A DNA stretch of 64,000 bases from Octopus sinensis. Its lineage: Eukaryota. The position numbers and the translations under genes are program-made. This document shows positions 1 to 13,606 of the stretch, piece after piece. The notes below the pieces were generated by a model. It ran no database searches. It was not told where the DNA came from and worked only from the letters and a program-made list of their open reading frames with translations. The stretch spans positions 210,800,001 to 210,864,000 of the forward strand of contig NC_042997.1 of the NCBI RefSeq assembly GCF_006345805.1, written 5' to 3'. Each line of letters begins with the position of its first letter. Within the stretch, counting starts at the first letter, position 1.

Positions 1-59
1 TGTAAGAACATACGGTTTAATGTCTTGAAACCAAGAAAGGAAAATAATAACAAAAATAT

Positions 60-245
60 AACCTGAAATTTAGGAGGAAGGAAGCTGGTCGATTGCATCA
101 ACCCCAGTACATGACTGATACTTATTTTGTCGACCCTAAAAGAATGAAATGCAAAAATGACCTCGGCGGAATTTGAACTCAGAACGTAAATCCGGAAGAA
201 CTGCCACGAAACAAAATGTCATTCGTGCTAACGATTTGGCCACCT
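60..245 (-). mobile_element. SINE family A, diverged copy
   Basis: Reverse complement resembles the SINE at 7614 and 12226 (GACCTCGGCGGAATTTGAACTCAGAACGTAA). Confidence 0.6.
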
Positions 246-255
246 TATCGCAACT

Positions 256-263
256 TTATAATA

Positions 264-337
<74 letters not shown>

Positions 338-375
338 TAATAATAATTATTATAATTATAATAATAATATTAATG

Positions 376-408
<33 letters not shown>

Positions 409-440
409 TAATAATGATAATAATGATAATAATATAATAA

Positions 441-496
<56 letters not shown>

Positions 497-653
497 AATA
501 ATAAGGATAATAATAATAATAATAATAATAATTTTGTAATAATAATAATAATAATAATATAATAATAATAATAATTTTGTAATAATAATAATAATAATAA
601 TAATAATTTTGTAATAATAATAATAATAATAATAATAATATAATAATAATTTT

Positions 654-700
<47 letters not shown>

Positions 701-771
701 TTTGTAATAATAATAATAATAATAATAATAATTTTGTAATAATATAATAATAATAATAATAATAATAATTT

Positions 772-815
<44 letters not shown>

Positions 816-821
816 TTTGTG

Positions 822-886
<65 letters not shown>

Positions 887-889
887 TTT

Positions 890-933
<44 letters not shown>

Positions 934-979
934 TAGCTAACGTACGAATAATAATGATAATAATAATAATAATAATAAA
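256..979. repeat. (AAT)n array with recurring TTTGT interruptions
   Basis: Directly visible. Confidence 0.98.
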
Positions 980-3900
980 AATTAGCTAACGTACGAAGAT
1001 ACATTCTCAAAGCCAAAAAAATATCAGAAATAGAAATAGAACATTTAAAAGAAAAAATACACCAGGAAAATGTAGATAGAAGCCACACAACAATGCCCAA
1101 TAATATAAACACTGAAACTGTAAAACACGAAGACAAACGCAACATTCCCAACAAACACGATGTAAACAACGAAGGGGAGCCTATGATTATGATAATATAA
1201 AAAATAAAATAATCAAAGAACTAAAAACCACAGAGCTCAAAATGGACCACCGACCATACCTCCCAAGAATAAAAATAAACGCAATAACAACACCAATTAT
1301 AAACAACATAAACTAGCCGTCACTGAACTAGCCACTGAAACAAAAAAAAGTGATATCACTGAACTAAATGACCTGATATACGCAGCAGCCACTGCAGCCA
1401 CAAAAGAAGCTGGATACTCACCCAAAACCGCCCAAACAGGAGTACCACCACCCAAACAAACCCTGTGGATAAATAACATCCAAAACAAAATAAAAAAAAT
1501 TAGAAAAGACCTGTCGATTCTTAATGAAATCAGCAAACAATCAACGCTACTGAGCAACAAAAAGAGAACAAAAATGCTCCGCAAATATAACATCACAGAA
1601 AAAGATTTGCCGGAGATAAAAGAAAAGCTGAAGCAAGATATCCTTGCCAAAGCTCAAAGGATCCGCCGGTACGAGAAACGCCAACGCTTCTTTGAACAGA
1701 ACAAAAAGTTCAACTCCGACCCCAAAAAGTTCTACCAAGAACTGGGCAAAAATAAAATAGAAGTCACTGCAGCACCAACGGCAGAAGAATTGGAAGAATT
1801 CTGGAAAGAAATATGGTCGGCGAACGAACAGCCAAAAAAAGGAGTATGAAAATAACAAACTCGGCATCTGAACAACTTTGGCCCCCATAACAACTGAAGA
1901 GGTCACCCAGGCACTGCAAAAACTAAGCAACTGGAAGGCACCTGGGCATGACAAGATCCCCAACTTCTGGTTGAAATATCTAACTGGAATGCACAAAAAG
2001 CTGGCTGAAAACTTTAACAGCATACTAGCAGAGCCAGAGACAATGCCTGAATGGCTCACGAAGGGGAAAACCATCTTAATTCCCAAATCAAATGAAACAA
2101 CAAAGCCAGAAAACTACAGGCCAATAACCTGCCTCCCTACTATGTTCAAGGCATTTACTGCAGTGATATCGCAAAGGCTGAACAAGCACCTGGACGAAAA
2201 CAAACTGTTCCCAGAAGAGCAGAAAGGATGCCGCAAGGGCTCATATGGCTGTAAAGATCAACTAATGATTAATAAAGCCGTAACTGAAGACAGCCACAGA
2301 AAGAAGAAAGGCCTCATTATGGCCCCTGGATTGACTACAAAAAGGCGTTTGATAGCATCCCCCACACATGGATCCTCGAAACACTAGCCATTAACAAAGT
2401 AGCACCAACAATCATAAAATTCATAGAGCACTCTATGAATAAATGGCAAACAGTCCTACACCTCCAAACAAAAGAGGGACTCATGAAAACCAAAGACATC
2501 CCCATTAGAAGAGGAATATTCCAGGGAGACACGCTCTCTCGCTCCTTTTCTGCTTGGCACTGTCACCTCTATCTGATATGCTAAATAGAACTGGATGCGG
2601 ATATAAATGTTACGGCAAAACGATCAGCCACCTTTTATATATGGATGACCTAAAACTATACGCTGCAAATGACAAACAGCTGGAAACACTATTAAAGACA
2701 GTTCATGGATTTACCAAAGAAATAGATATGAAATTTGGATTAGAAAAATGCGCCAAAGTAACCATGAAAAGAGGAAAACTAGTTAAGAGTAACAACATCA
2801 CACTAGATAAAACCAATGAAATAAAAAAATTAGACCAAAGCCAAACTTACAAATACTTAGGAATCCATGAACTAGATAAGACACAACACACACAAATGAA
2901 AGAGAAAATAAAAAAGAATATTATAGACGAGTTAGATCAATACTAAAAACAGAGCTCAATGCTAAAAACAAGATAATAGGTATCAACACTTTAGCTGTCT
3001 CAGTTATAAGTTACAGCTACAATATCCTTAACTGGACACGAAATGAACTGTCCAAAATAGATAGGAAAACAAGAAAAATACTGACAGGATCTAGGATGCA
3101 TCACCCAAAATCTGACATAGAAAGACTATATATACAACGTATAGAAGGTGGCAGAGGCCTTATACAGCTGGAAAGTTACTATAAAATAACCACCATAGGA
3201 CTGCAAAAATACCTACTTCAGAAGGAAGGAAAACTGATCCAGATAGCAGCAAAACACGAGCAAAACAAAAAACTGTTCTCAGTATTTAAGGAAGCAAACA
3301 AATACAAACAAGAAATCATACCACCTAATAAACATGAAGAAGAAGAAGAAGATGAAGAAACAACAAAAGCTATAAAACAAATGAAATCCAAGCTAAAAAT
3401 AGAACAGCAACGAACCATGATAAAATGATGGCAAGAAAAACCCCTTCATGGTAAATACTGCACTAAACTAAACGCAAAAGAAATAGACAAAGAAAAATCC
3501 CAGCAATGGTTGAGAAGCTCAGGACTCAAAGCAGAAACAGAGGGATTTTTAATTGCAGCGCAAGACCAAAGCCTCCCCACCAGAAATTACCAAAAACATG
3601 TAATGAAAAGAAATATTACAATAACTGCAGAATATGTGGAGATGGACAAGAAACAATAAATCATATTATCTCTAGCTGCCCAGTCCTGGCTAAGAAGGAA
3701 TATATTCACAGACATGACAGAGTTGGAACCTACATACATTGGAAGCTATGCCACATTATGGAATAACAACAGCAGAAAAAAGATGGTATAGGCACACACC
3801 AGAAAAGGTCACAGAGAAAACGAGAAAGCAACCATACTCTGGGATATACCGATACACACAGATAGAGAAATTAAGGCCAAGATATAGTTGTCAGAGATCA

Positions 3901-4290
3901 TGAAGAAAAAAAAATGCTTTCTAATTGATGTATCAATACCGGCAGATGACAACATATCTCTAAAAGAAATGGAGAAACTCTCAAAATACAAAGACCTGGA
4001 AATAGAGGTAACTAGAATGTGGAACCTGAAAACAGAAACAATTCCTATCATAGTAGGTGCATTAGGCATGATAAAAAAATATTCAGACAAATACATAACA
4101 AAAACACCAGGACTTACAAACACATATAACATACAGAAAATTGCACTACTAGGCACTGCACACATCCTACGCAGAACACTTTCCATACAATAACCATCAG
4201 AGCATCACAACAAATCACAGCACATACCCAAGGCACACAGAGCTGCGCTCGGTAGTGAAGTGAAAGCACGCTATAAAAATAAAACTACTG
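980..4290 (+). mobile_element. R4/Dong-like non-LTR retrotransposon (RT + REL endonuclease), 5'-truncated, frameshifted
   Basis: Fragments give RT motifs (KLSNWKAPGHD, ENYRPITCLPT, GIFQGD, HLLYMDDLKLY), a CCHC motif (CRICGDGQETINHIISSC...RHD) and a REL core (CFLIDVSIP...EKLSKYKDL...IPIIVGALG). The 3' UTR ends AAAATAAAACTACTG directly into (AAT)n. Confidence 0.92.
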
Positions 4291-4297
4291 AATAATA

Positions 4298-4382
<85 letters not shown>

Positions 4383-4912
4383 AATAATAGATAATAATAA
4401 TAATAATAATATATCATGTACTTTGTTTTGTCTTGGTATAAAAGATGGGCTACAGCAAATATTCTGCTCAATACCACAGATTTGCTTGTCAGTTGTTTGA
4501 CCTTAACCAGTTGAGCATGTCCTTAGTGGCTGACGATATGTGCATCTCTGATCACGAGCAGAAGTAGTGGGGGAGCATCATAGCCATGTGTTGAGAGGGA
4601 TTCTTTGGGGTTTGAATAATCACCTCTGGAAACATGGGTAGTTCTTTCAACAACCTAAACACCCTTATTCAGGGACCTTTTGAGCAGGATGGTCTACTGA
4701 AGAAAATTCTAACTGGGCCCCACCTGCAAGGTCATGTGCTGTTTATCTTGATATGAGATCACCATTTCGCGCACATATGGTTGTGATGCATGTGCCTGGT
4801 GTACCCTTATCAGACGGGTAGTCATGATGGGTATATTGGGCTTCGTATATTTTACCCCAGTGTCACTTTGATGGCATGAACTGCTCTCTCGCTCAATAGT
4901 AATAATAATATA

Positions 4913-4966
<54 letters not shown>

Positions 4967-4992
4967 TAATAATAATAATAATGATGATGATG

Positions 4993-5034
<42 letters not shown>

Positions 5035-5051
5035 TAATAATAATAGTAATG

Positions 5052-5091
<40 letters not shown>

Positions 5092-5182
5092 TAATAATGA
5101 TAATAATAATAATAATAATAATGATAATAATAATAATAATAATAAAATAGTATATAATGATAATGATATAATAATAATAAGG

Positions 5183-5216
<34 letters not shown>

Positions 5217-5247
5217 TAATAATGAAAATAATAATAATAATATAATG

Positions 5248-5280
<33 letters not shown>

Positions 5281-5314
5281 GTAATAATAATGATAATATA
5301 TAATAATAATAAGG

Positions 5315-5351
<37 letters not shown>

Positions 5352-5446
5352 AAATAATAATGATATGATAATAATATAATGATAATATAATAATAATAAT
5401 TATATTATTATCATTATTATATTATTATTATTATTATAATGATATA

Positions 5447-5481
<35 letters not shown>

Positions 5482-5499
5482 AATAATAATATAATGATA

Positions 5500-5550
<51 letters not shown>

Positions 5551-5570
5551 AATGATGATAATAATAATAA

Positions 5571-5605
<35 letters not shown>

Positions 5606-5684
5606 AGGATAATAAGGATAATAATAATAATAATAAAATAATAATGATAATAATAATGATAATGATAATAATAATGATAATGAA

Positions 5685-5719
<35 letters not shown>

Positions 5720-5739
5720 AATGATGATAATAATAATAA

Positions 5740-5774
<35 letters not shown>

Positions 5775-5853
5775 AAGGATAATAAGGATAATAATAATAA
5801 TAATAATAATAATGATAATAATAATGATAATGATAATAATAATAATGATGATG

Positions 5854-5914
<61 letters not shown>

Positions 5915-5940
5915 TAATAATAATAATAATAATCATAATG

Positions 5941-5974
<34 letters not shown>

Positions 5975-5994
5975 TAATAATAATAATAATAATA

Positions 5995-6026
<32 letters not shown>
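4291..6026. repeat. (AAT)n/(GAT) arrays with a non-repetitive island at about 4415-4895
   Basis: Directly visible; short local ATT polarity flip near 5400-5440. Confidence 0.95.
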
Positions 6027-6029
<3 letters not shown>

Positions 6030-6385
6030 TGTGGTAAGTATTTTGCTAACCAGCCACATGGTTCCGGGTTCAGTCCCACTGCGTGGCACCTTGGGTAAGT
6101 GTCTTCTGCTATAGCCCCGGGCCGAACAATGCCTTGTGAGTGGATTTGGTAGACGGAAACTGAAAGAAGCCTGTCGTATATATGTATATATATATATATG
6201 TGTATGTGTTTGTGTGTCTGTCCCCCTAGCATTGCTTGACAACCGATGCTGGTGTGTTTAGGTCCCCGTCGGCTAGCGGTTCGGCAAAAAGAGACCGATA
6301 GAATAAGTACTAAAAGGTGGTGCTCCAGCATGGCCGCAGTCAGGTGACTGAAACAAATAAAAGAGTAAAAGAGTAAAAGAGTAAT
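6027..6385 (+). mobile_element. SINE family B (tRNA-like head, internal TA/TG microsatellite)
   Basis: B-box-like GGTTCAGTCC; reverse-complement match to 63372-63791; (AAAAGAGT)n tail. Confidence 0.85.
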
Positions 6386-6438
6386 AATAATAATAATAAT
6401 AATAATATAATAATAATAATAATAATGATATAATAAAA

Positions 6439-6505
<67 letters not shown>

Positions 6506-6589
6506 TAATAATAATAATAATAATAACGATAATGATAATAATAATGATAATAACAATGATATTGATGATGATGATGATGATGATAGTAG

Positions 6590-7330
6590 TAATAATGATT
6601 GACTGGATGAAATAAAATCGAAGCAGTTAATACGTGGGTGATAACATCAGTTCGGCATGGAGCAGGAATCATAAAATAGCAAAAGAGAGAAGTGAAGAAA
6701 ATAGGTACCAAGACCAGACCAGAAAAATGTTGACAGTACACGGAGTCTTCCACTCTCAGAAGAAAGGGTGAGAGAGATTTCATTAGTTGCCAGGACGGTA
6801 TCGAAGCAGAGGCAAACAGCCTAATGTGGTATATAAAAAATGCCGGGGAGCTATTGATGACACATACGAAGAAGGCTGACGTCATCAAAACTGAAAATTG
6901 TCTAAAGAAAAATTTAAACAAGAAATGAACAAAAAAGGAAAAGCATGGAAAAAAGAAAATGTACGGTCAGTTTGTAAGAGATGTGACCTGAAGATAGAGA
7001 CAGAAGCACACATGTGCGCAGCTCAAGAACAAGCGTTAAGGATCAACTGTGCGAAGTGCAGAATCGACAACACTAGTGACAGTGACAAATGCCAAATGTG
7101 TGGTGAGAGGGGTGAAACGGTATGGCACATCGTTAGCGAATGCCTGAAATAAGTACAACGCGAATACAAACGACGCCATGACAATGTGGCAAGAATGATC
7201 CAGTTATGAAATTGTGGTCATGCTGGAGCACCAACCACTTGAGATCTGACATGGATGCTTGCAACAGAGTTGGGTCCACTAAAGGCACCATTGGTAAACT
7301 CGTTGAAACCTTTGTGTCGGACGGGCGGTG
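6590..7330 (+). pseudogene. Decayed REL-type LINE fragment (CCHC region)
   Basis: AAQEQALR...CQMCGERGETVWHIVSEC...RRHDNVAR matches the R4-like zinc-knuckle region. Confidence 0.75.
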
Positions 7331-7613
7331 TACGACGAAATATTCCTGACATTTCGTAATAAACGGTGCCATCTGATAATGGAAGTTTAAATGAAAATAG
7401 AAGTATGTTCAACAGAGATATCATGATGTTGGCACCGTGTAATTGCTTCGGTTCTACAAACCATCTAAGAACAAGTCATTTGACAAACAAGAATATCGAC
7501 AAAATAGAAATAATTTCGAATTTTGGTGAATTGATTGCCATCAATTTCTTAAATTGTTTTCTTTGAGATGAAGAAACGTTAAGTCGAGAAATATATTTGT
7601 ATATCTGTCAAGT

Positions 7614-7840
7614 AGGCGGCGAGCTGGCAGACATGTTAGCACGCCGGGCGAAATGCTTAGCGGTATTTCATCTGCCGTTACGTTCTGAGTTCAAATTCCG
7701 CCGAGGTCGACTTTGCCTTTCATCCTTTCGGAGTCGATAAATAAAGTACCAGTTTCGCACTGGGGTCGATGTAATCGACTTAATCCCTTTGTCTGTCTTT
7801 GTTTGTCCCCTCTATGTTTTGCCCCTTGTAGGTAGTAAAG
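7614..7840 (+). mobile_element. SINE family A with about 26 bp target-site duplication
   Basis: GAAATATATTTGTATATCTGTCAAGT at 7588-7613, repeated with an extra AT at 7840-7867; body matches 12226-12460. Confidence 0.88.
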
Positions 7841-8621
7841 AAATATATATTTGTATATCTGTCAAGTGTTGGATGGAATCAGAACTGCGAGGTAAACACA
7901 GTAATATTGGCAAGTCCTTGTAAGTTTTGTGTTAATAAAACACTGATTTCGTTGTGCCTCAAATACTGGAGTTAAACATTTGAGCTAAATATCACAGTTG
8001 TTTCTCCCCATAAATGGAGAAATAAATGGAATTGTCACAGCTGGAACGTCTTTGATCATCGATCTGTTCGATTAAAGTTGACGTCGTATGGACATGGGCT
8101 TTAGAATAACGTGTCGTATCAACTGCTGGCAATGCAATTGTTAAAAACATGGCCTGTGCATGTGAGCATCAGTGCACACTGTGTTTACGACAAGAGAAAT
8201 AGCGACGAGAAATATGACTCCTGGGGAAAAACGATACGTTGGCAATGTATAGAAAATATATTTGGCGATATGTTTGTTGACACATCTTCGTTAAATTGAT
8301 TTGGTCCTGCCAATGGAGCCAGTCACCAGAACGTTAGGAAAATGTAGTGTCTTTCGTTTCCTACCTCTCGTATTGGGAGTGAAGTCTTTAGTTTCGTAGA
8401 GAAATTGAAAATAAATGTAATATTGGATATGAAAAAGAATTCCTGAAATGTAGATTGAGGACTGCTAATGAGGCTCTAAATTATATACGGCATCGCAAAT
8501 TGTTCAAAGAAAGAAAATATCAAAGTAAATATGCTAAAAGATGGAGATCTTCGTTCTCTTTTTATTTTAACATTCTGTTCGCTCTAATGATATGGATTCT
8601 AAATACACACACATACATACA

Positions 8622-8711
<90 letters not shown>

Positions 8712-8795
8712 ATCATTCTATCTATCTATCTACCTACCTATCTATCTATTTAACTGCCTATCTATCTATCTATCTATCTAGCTATCTATCTATCT

Positions 8796-8831
<36 letters not shown>

Positions 8832-8845
8832 CCTATCTATCTGTC
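8622..8845. repeat. (TATC)n microsatellite
   Basis: Directly visible. Confidence 0.97.
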
Positions 8846-9124
8846 TGTCTGTTTGGGCGTGTGTTTGTGTGTGTGCGTATAACTTTTCAAGGAAAAGACT
8901 GACAGTGACTTCGAAGTGTCGGCTTGTTCGCCTTCGTCAGAACAACCTGAGGACATTTCTTCCGGTTCTTTACGTTCTCAGTTCAAATTCGGCTGAGGTC
9001 GGCTTTCCTCTTCATTCTTTCGCGATCGGTAAAATTAATACAAAATGGAGCACCGGGCTGTATGCAATCGGCTTAAGCAAACCTCTCCAAAACTACTGGT
9101 CCTGCGCAATACTTTGAAACCACT

Positions 9125-10130
9125 ATCATCATCATCACCACTTCAGGAAAGTTTTACAGATTTTTACTGTTCCAGTGATGGATTGGATCTGTAGTTTTCT
9201 AATCAGCTTTCTCCTTTTTGGTTTTGGGAAGCCAAATTTCTCAAGATTGCTATTTAGATTCTCAAGATTGGCAGTGTGTTACATATCCTAGAGCCCCAAT
9301 AATTACAGGTATAAACCTGCACTTGTCATCTGGATAGAGTAACTGCAGATTTCTCAATAGTTCCGCATAGGTGTTCTCTTTTTCACTGATCTTCAGCTTT
9401 ATGTAAATGTCCGCTGAGCAGGTAATTTCTACAACTGTTCACAGTTTCTCTTCTCAATCCCTAATCATTATATCGGGTCTGTTGTGCTTACATTTTATTG
9501 AGGTCTTCACTGGTACATTCCACCACTATTCCTTTTTATTATGAGTGGCTATGGCTTCCACTATACTATAGGTTCTTAATTCTTTGTCCTCGGGGTTATC
9601 CTTTCGAGGGATCTCGTTATACGGTAGTCTAGCTACAACGTCATGTCTCATCGGTAGATAATACCGTGATGACATTTTGGACAACTGCTTATGATGTGGG
9701 TGATATCTTCGCTGTGAACTCCACAAAGTCTGCATCGGTTGTCACATTTTACAGCTTTTCCTGCATATTTGTCTCTTTTGTGCATCAGGTATTTGGTTGA
9801 TATTTCCTGTTCCTGGATTGCAAACGCATACCCTTCAAAGCGGGACGTAGTAATCCGGCTATTGGTCCATGATAAACTGCTTTGATGATCGATGTTACTA
9901 TCATCTCAGAGCTTTCTAGTAACACATCCATGCATAGTCTTCTGCTCATATAGGCTCATCCTTTCATCTGATGATACGTTGCAGTAGAGTTGTGCTACTT
10001 CTTTGGGTATTCTACAATAGGTTATCAGACAAAGAATGTTGCTGAAGGAGCTGCCATCCAAGACTTATGATGTTATCAGCCACATGTATGAAAACTTGGC
10101 GCTTAAAAGACGTCGCCAAAAGGATATGAT
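9125..10130 (-). pseudogene. Decayed REL-type LINE fragment, separate subfamily
   Basis: Minus-strand translation gives SRFEGYAFAIQEQEISTKYLMH, homologous to the AAQDQ/AAQEQ motif of R4-like elements. Confidence 0.6.
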
Positions 10131-10248
10131 ACGACATTCAAAGGCAGTTTGGGTCGATGTTAAAGCCCGTATGAATGTGCATGCATATAGCGGATGAATA
10201 AGCTCTCAGGCGAAACATCAAGTCCCAGTCGAAAAGATATTACATAAT

Positions 10249-10309
<61 letters not shown>

Positions 10310-10340
10310 ATATATATATATATATATTATATATATTATA

Positions 10341-10380
<40 letters not shown>

Positions 10381-10382
10381 GA

Positions 10383-10725
10383 GTGGAGGCGCAATGGCCC
10401 AGTAGTTAGGGCAGCGGACTCGCGGTCGTAGGATCGCGGTTTCGATTCCCAAACAGGGCGTTGTGAGTTTTATTGGGTGAAAACTCATAAAACTCCACGA
10501 GGCTCCGGCAGTAGGGTAGTGGTGAACCCTACTGTACTCTTTCACCACAACTTTCTCCCACCCTTTCTTCCTGTTTCTGTTGTACCTGTATTTCAAAGGG
10601 GCCAGCCATGCCACACTCTGTCACGCTTAATCTCCCCGAGTACTGTGGAGTACTCGGCCACTTGCACATTAATTTCACGGATCAACTGGAACCCTCGTCA
10701 TCGTAACCGACGGAGTGCCACGATG
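10383..10725 (+). mobile_element. SINE family C (tRNA-like head)
   Basis: A box TGGCCCAGTAGTTAGG, B box GTTTCGATTCC; matches 22176-22560 and 11270-11654. Confidence 0.85.
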
Positions 10726-10759
10726 ATATATATATGCGTCTATAGAAATGCTGATGCAT

Positions 10760-11929
10760 TTTATAAAAAAAAAAGACTGCTAAAGCAGGCATGCACTCTT
10801 CCTTCAGGGGAACCTCTCACAGCATCTAATAATATCAGAGATCTAGGAGCAAATGTTGATGACAATCTCAGTTGGAGTGTCCGCATCAATAATAAGGTCG
10901 ATATAGCGCGTAGGATGAGCTCCTGGAATCTTCCAGTCCAGAGAACACGTTTCTCCTCATTGTACGGCCACACCTCGAATACTGCTGTCCCCTGGGATCT
11001 CACCATACAAAACAAAACATCTTGAAAATTGAATCACCCCAAAGGTCATTCACTAAAAGAATTAAGGGCATGACTGATCTCGATTATTGGGACCGCCTTA
11101 AGGCATCGAAACTCTAGTCTCTCCAGCGCCGCCGTCAGCGATACATCATTTGCACGATGTGGAGAATATAGCACCAGCATTGCCAAACGACCTCATTAGC
11201 TTCAAAATTCATCCAAGGCTAGGACCACGGGGCCATACGTCCCCTATCCAATTCAGGATTACAACAGATTTTTTTTTGGAAGCACTCCATCGGTTACGAC
11301 GACGAGGGTTCCGGTTGATCCGAATCAACGGAAAAGCCTTCTCGTGAAATTAACGTGTAAGTGGCTGAGCACTCCACAGACACGTGTACCCTTAACGTAG
11401 TTCTCGGGGATATTCAGCGTGACAGAGAGAGTGACAAGGCCGGCCCTTTGAAATACAGGTACAACAGAAACAGGAAGTAAGGGTGAGAGAAAGTTGAGGC
11501 GAAAGAGTACAGCAGGGATCACCACCATCCCCTGCCGGAGCCACGTGGAGCTTTAGGTGTTATCGCTCAATAAACAATCACAACGCCTGGGAATCGAAAC
11601 CGCGATCCTATGACCGCGAGTCCGCTGCCCTAACCACTGGGCCATTGCGCCTCCACAACAGATAAATACTCTGCAACCCAATTTCTTTTCCTCAACAAGC
11701 TCTGCCTTAACATTGTCTCGAAGCAGTTCAAAGAGGAAAAGGATCTCATTACCTTTAATTGAAATTTGGACAAATTTCTTCAAGGAATACAGGTAAGCCA
11801 CCTATACCTTCGTACAACTCTCTCAAGAACTCCCTACTCGAATGGACCATGATACCACAAAACTTGAATCAAAAAAATGATTTAAATAATCCTATCAGGT
11901 GGTGCTTTTAAGTTAGACATCTAAGTTTA

Positions 11930-11930
<1 letters not shown>
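10760..11930 (+). mobile_element. CR1-like LINE 3' fragment interrupted by a SINE
   Basis: PSGEPLTASNNIRDLG...NLSW matches the minus-strand copy at 30716-32780; resumes after the SINE (TLQPNFFSST, KEEKD) and shares the 3' UTR CCTATCAGGTGGTGCT. Confidence 0.8.
11270..11654 (-). mobile_element. SINE family C nested in CR1
   Basis: Reverse complement of family C with A tail; TSD ACAACAGAT at 11261-11269 and 11655-11663. Confidence 0.88.
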
Positions 11931-12460
<530 letters not shown>

Positions 12461-12477
12461 TATATATAGATAGATGG

Positions 12478-12627
12478 AATTTTTCAAAACAACAAAACAA
12501 AACAAAAGACGAAGACGGGTGTGTAAAAAACAAACAGATGTATTAGTTTAACGCTCGGGAAGTCTTTTACGTTTCGTGCCTACGCTCTTTAACAGAAAGG
12601 CAAACGTCGTGGTGCATTGGAGCGATT

Positions 12628-12632
<5 letters not shown>
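12478..12632 (-). mobile_element. Short (TA)n-embedded element with hammerhead-like core
   Basis: Homologous to 29251-29420 and 36662-36872. Confidence 0.65.
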
Positions 12633-12683
<51 letters not shown>

Positions 12684-13354
12684 ATGCTTTATTTATTGCG
12701 TCTTCGTCTCTCGTTTCAAATTACATTTGTTTACTTTCGTACATCCACCCTGTATTGTCTGGTTTGCTCAAGCCCGAATTATTCGCAAATATTGCGGGTG
12801 CCACCGAAATTCTCAGTCTTATCGCTAAAGGCGCGAAAGTGGGTATTAGTATTTTTCGGTCGATAACTATGTCTGTCCTACGTATACGTTTTGTAGTATT
12901 TAATGCATTTTCATTTATTATATATATGTATGCATGTTTATGTATGCATGTTTATGTATGTATAGTATATACATACATACACACACACACACACATATGT
13001 ATATATATAAGGGTGAGGTCCAAGGACCCAAGTGTAGGAAGTTTGTAAGCTTCAGGCAGTTCGTGGGAGGTATACAGAACAAAAAAGTGGACAGTGTAGG
13101 ACCTGGAACAATAATAATTTATTGGCATCGAAGGTTACAAACGTTTTTTTTCCAGTACCGAAGACAAGGAAATTCGATAAGCTGAAAGTTTCTGCATAAC
13201 TCCCGGGACAGCCGACAACTGATGAAGGGTCGTTTTATGCTACTTGTCTTGTTTTCTATTTGTTTCTCTCGTTGTTCGCAAACCCAAGTTTGTCTTCGTA
13301 TTTCATGTTGTTTACGTTTTGTGACGTTCTGTACCCATGTATGCATATATTTTC

Positions 13355-13562
13355 TTTTACTCTTTTACTTGTTTCAGTCATTTGACTGCGGCCATGCTGG
13401 AGCATCGCCTTTAGTCGAGCAAATCGACCCCGGGACTTATTCTTTGTAAGCCCAGTACTTATTCTATCGGTCTCTTTTGCCGAACCGCTAAGTGACGGGG
13501 ATATAAACACACCAGCATCGGTTGTCAAGCAATGCTAGGGGGACAAACACACACACACACAT

Positions 13563-13597
<35 letters not shown>
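13355..13597 (-). mobile_element. SINE family B, 3' half (split by PLE insertion)
   Basis: Matches the left half of 63372-63791 up to its internal (TA)n. Confidence 0.88.

Positions 13598-13606
<9 letters not shown>

Noticed and set aside
5400-6556. Long poly-I/N/Y/L ORFs, and similar ORFs at 33530-36279, 44055-46094 and 61703-63163
   Set aside because: Translations of microsatellites that lack stops in some frames.
11700-11792. Apparent 93 nt exon with AG acceptor and CAG/GTAAGC donor
   Set aside because: It is the continuation of the CR1 fragment (KEEKD region) after the nested SINE.
13195-13260. CTGATGAAGGG hammerhead half-core
   Set aside because: No matching stem II partner or GAAA found nearby.
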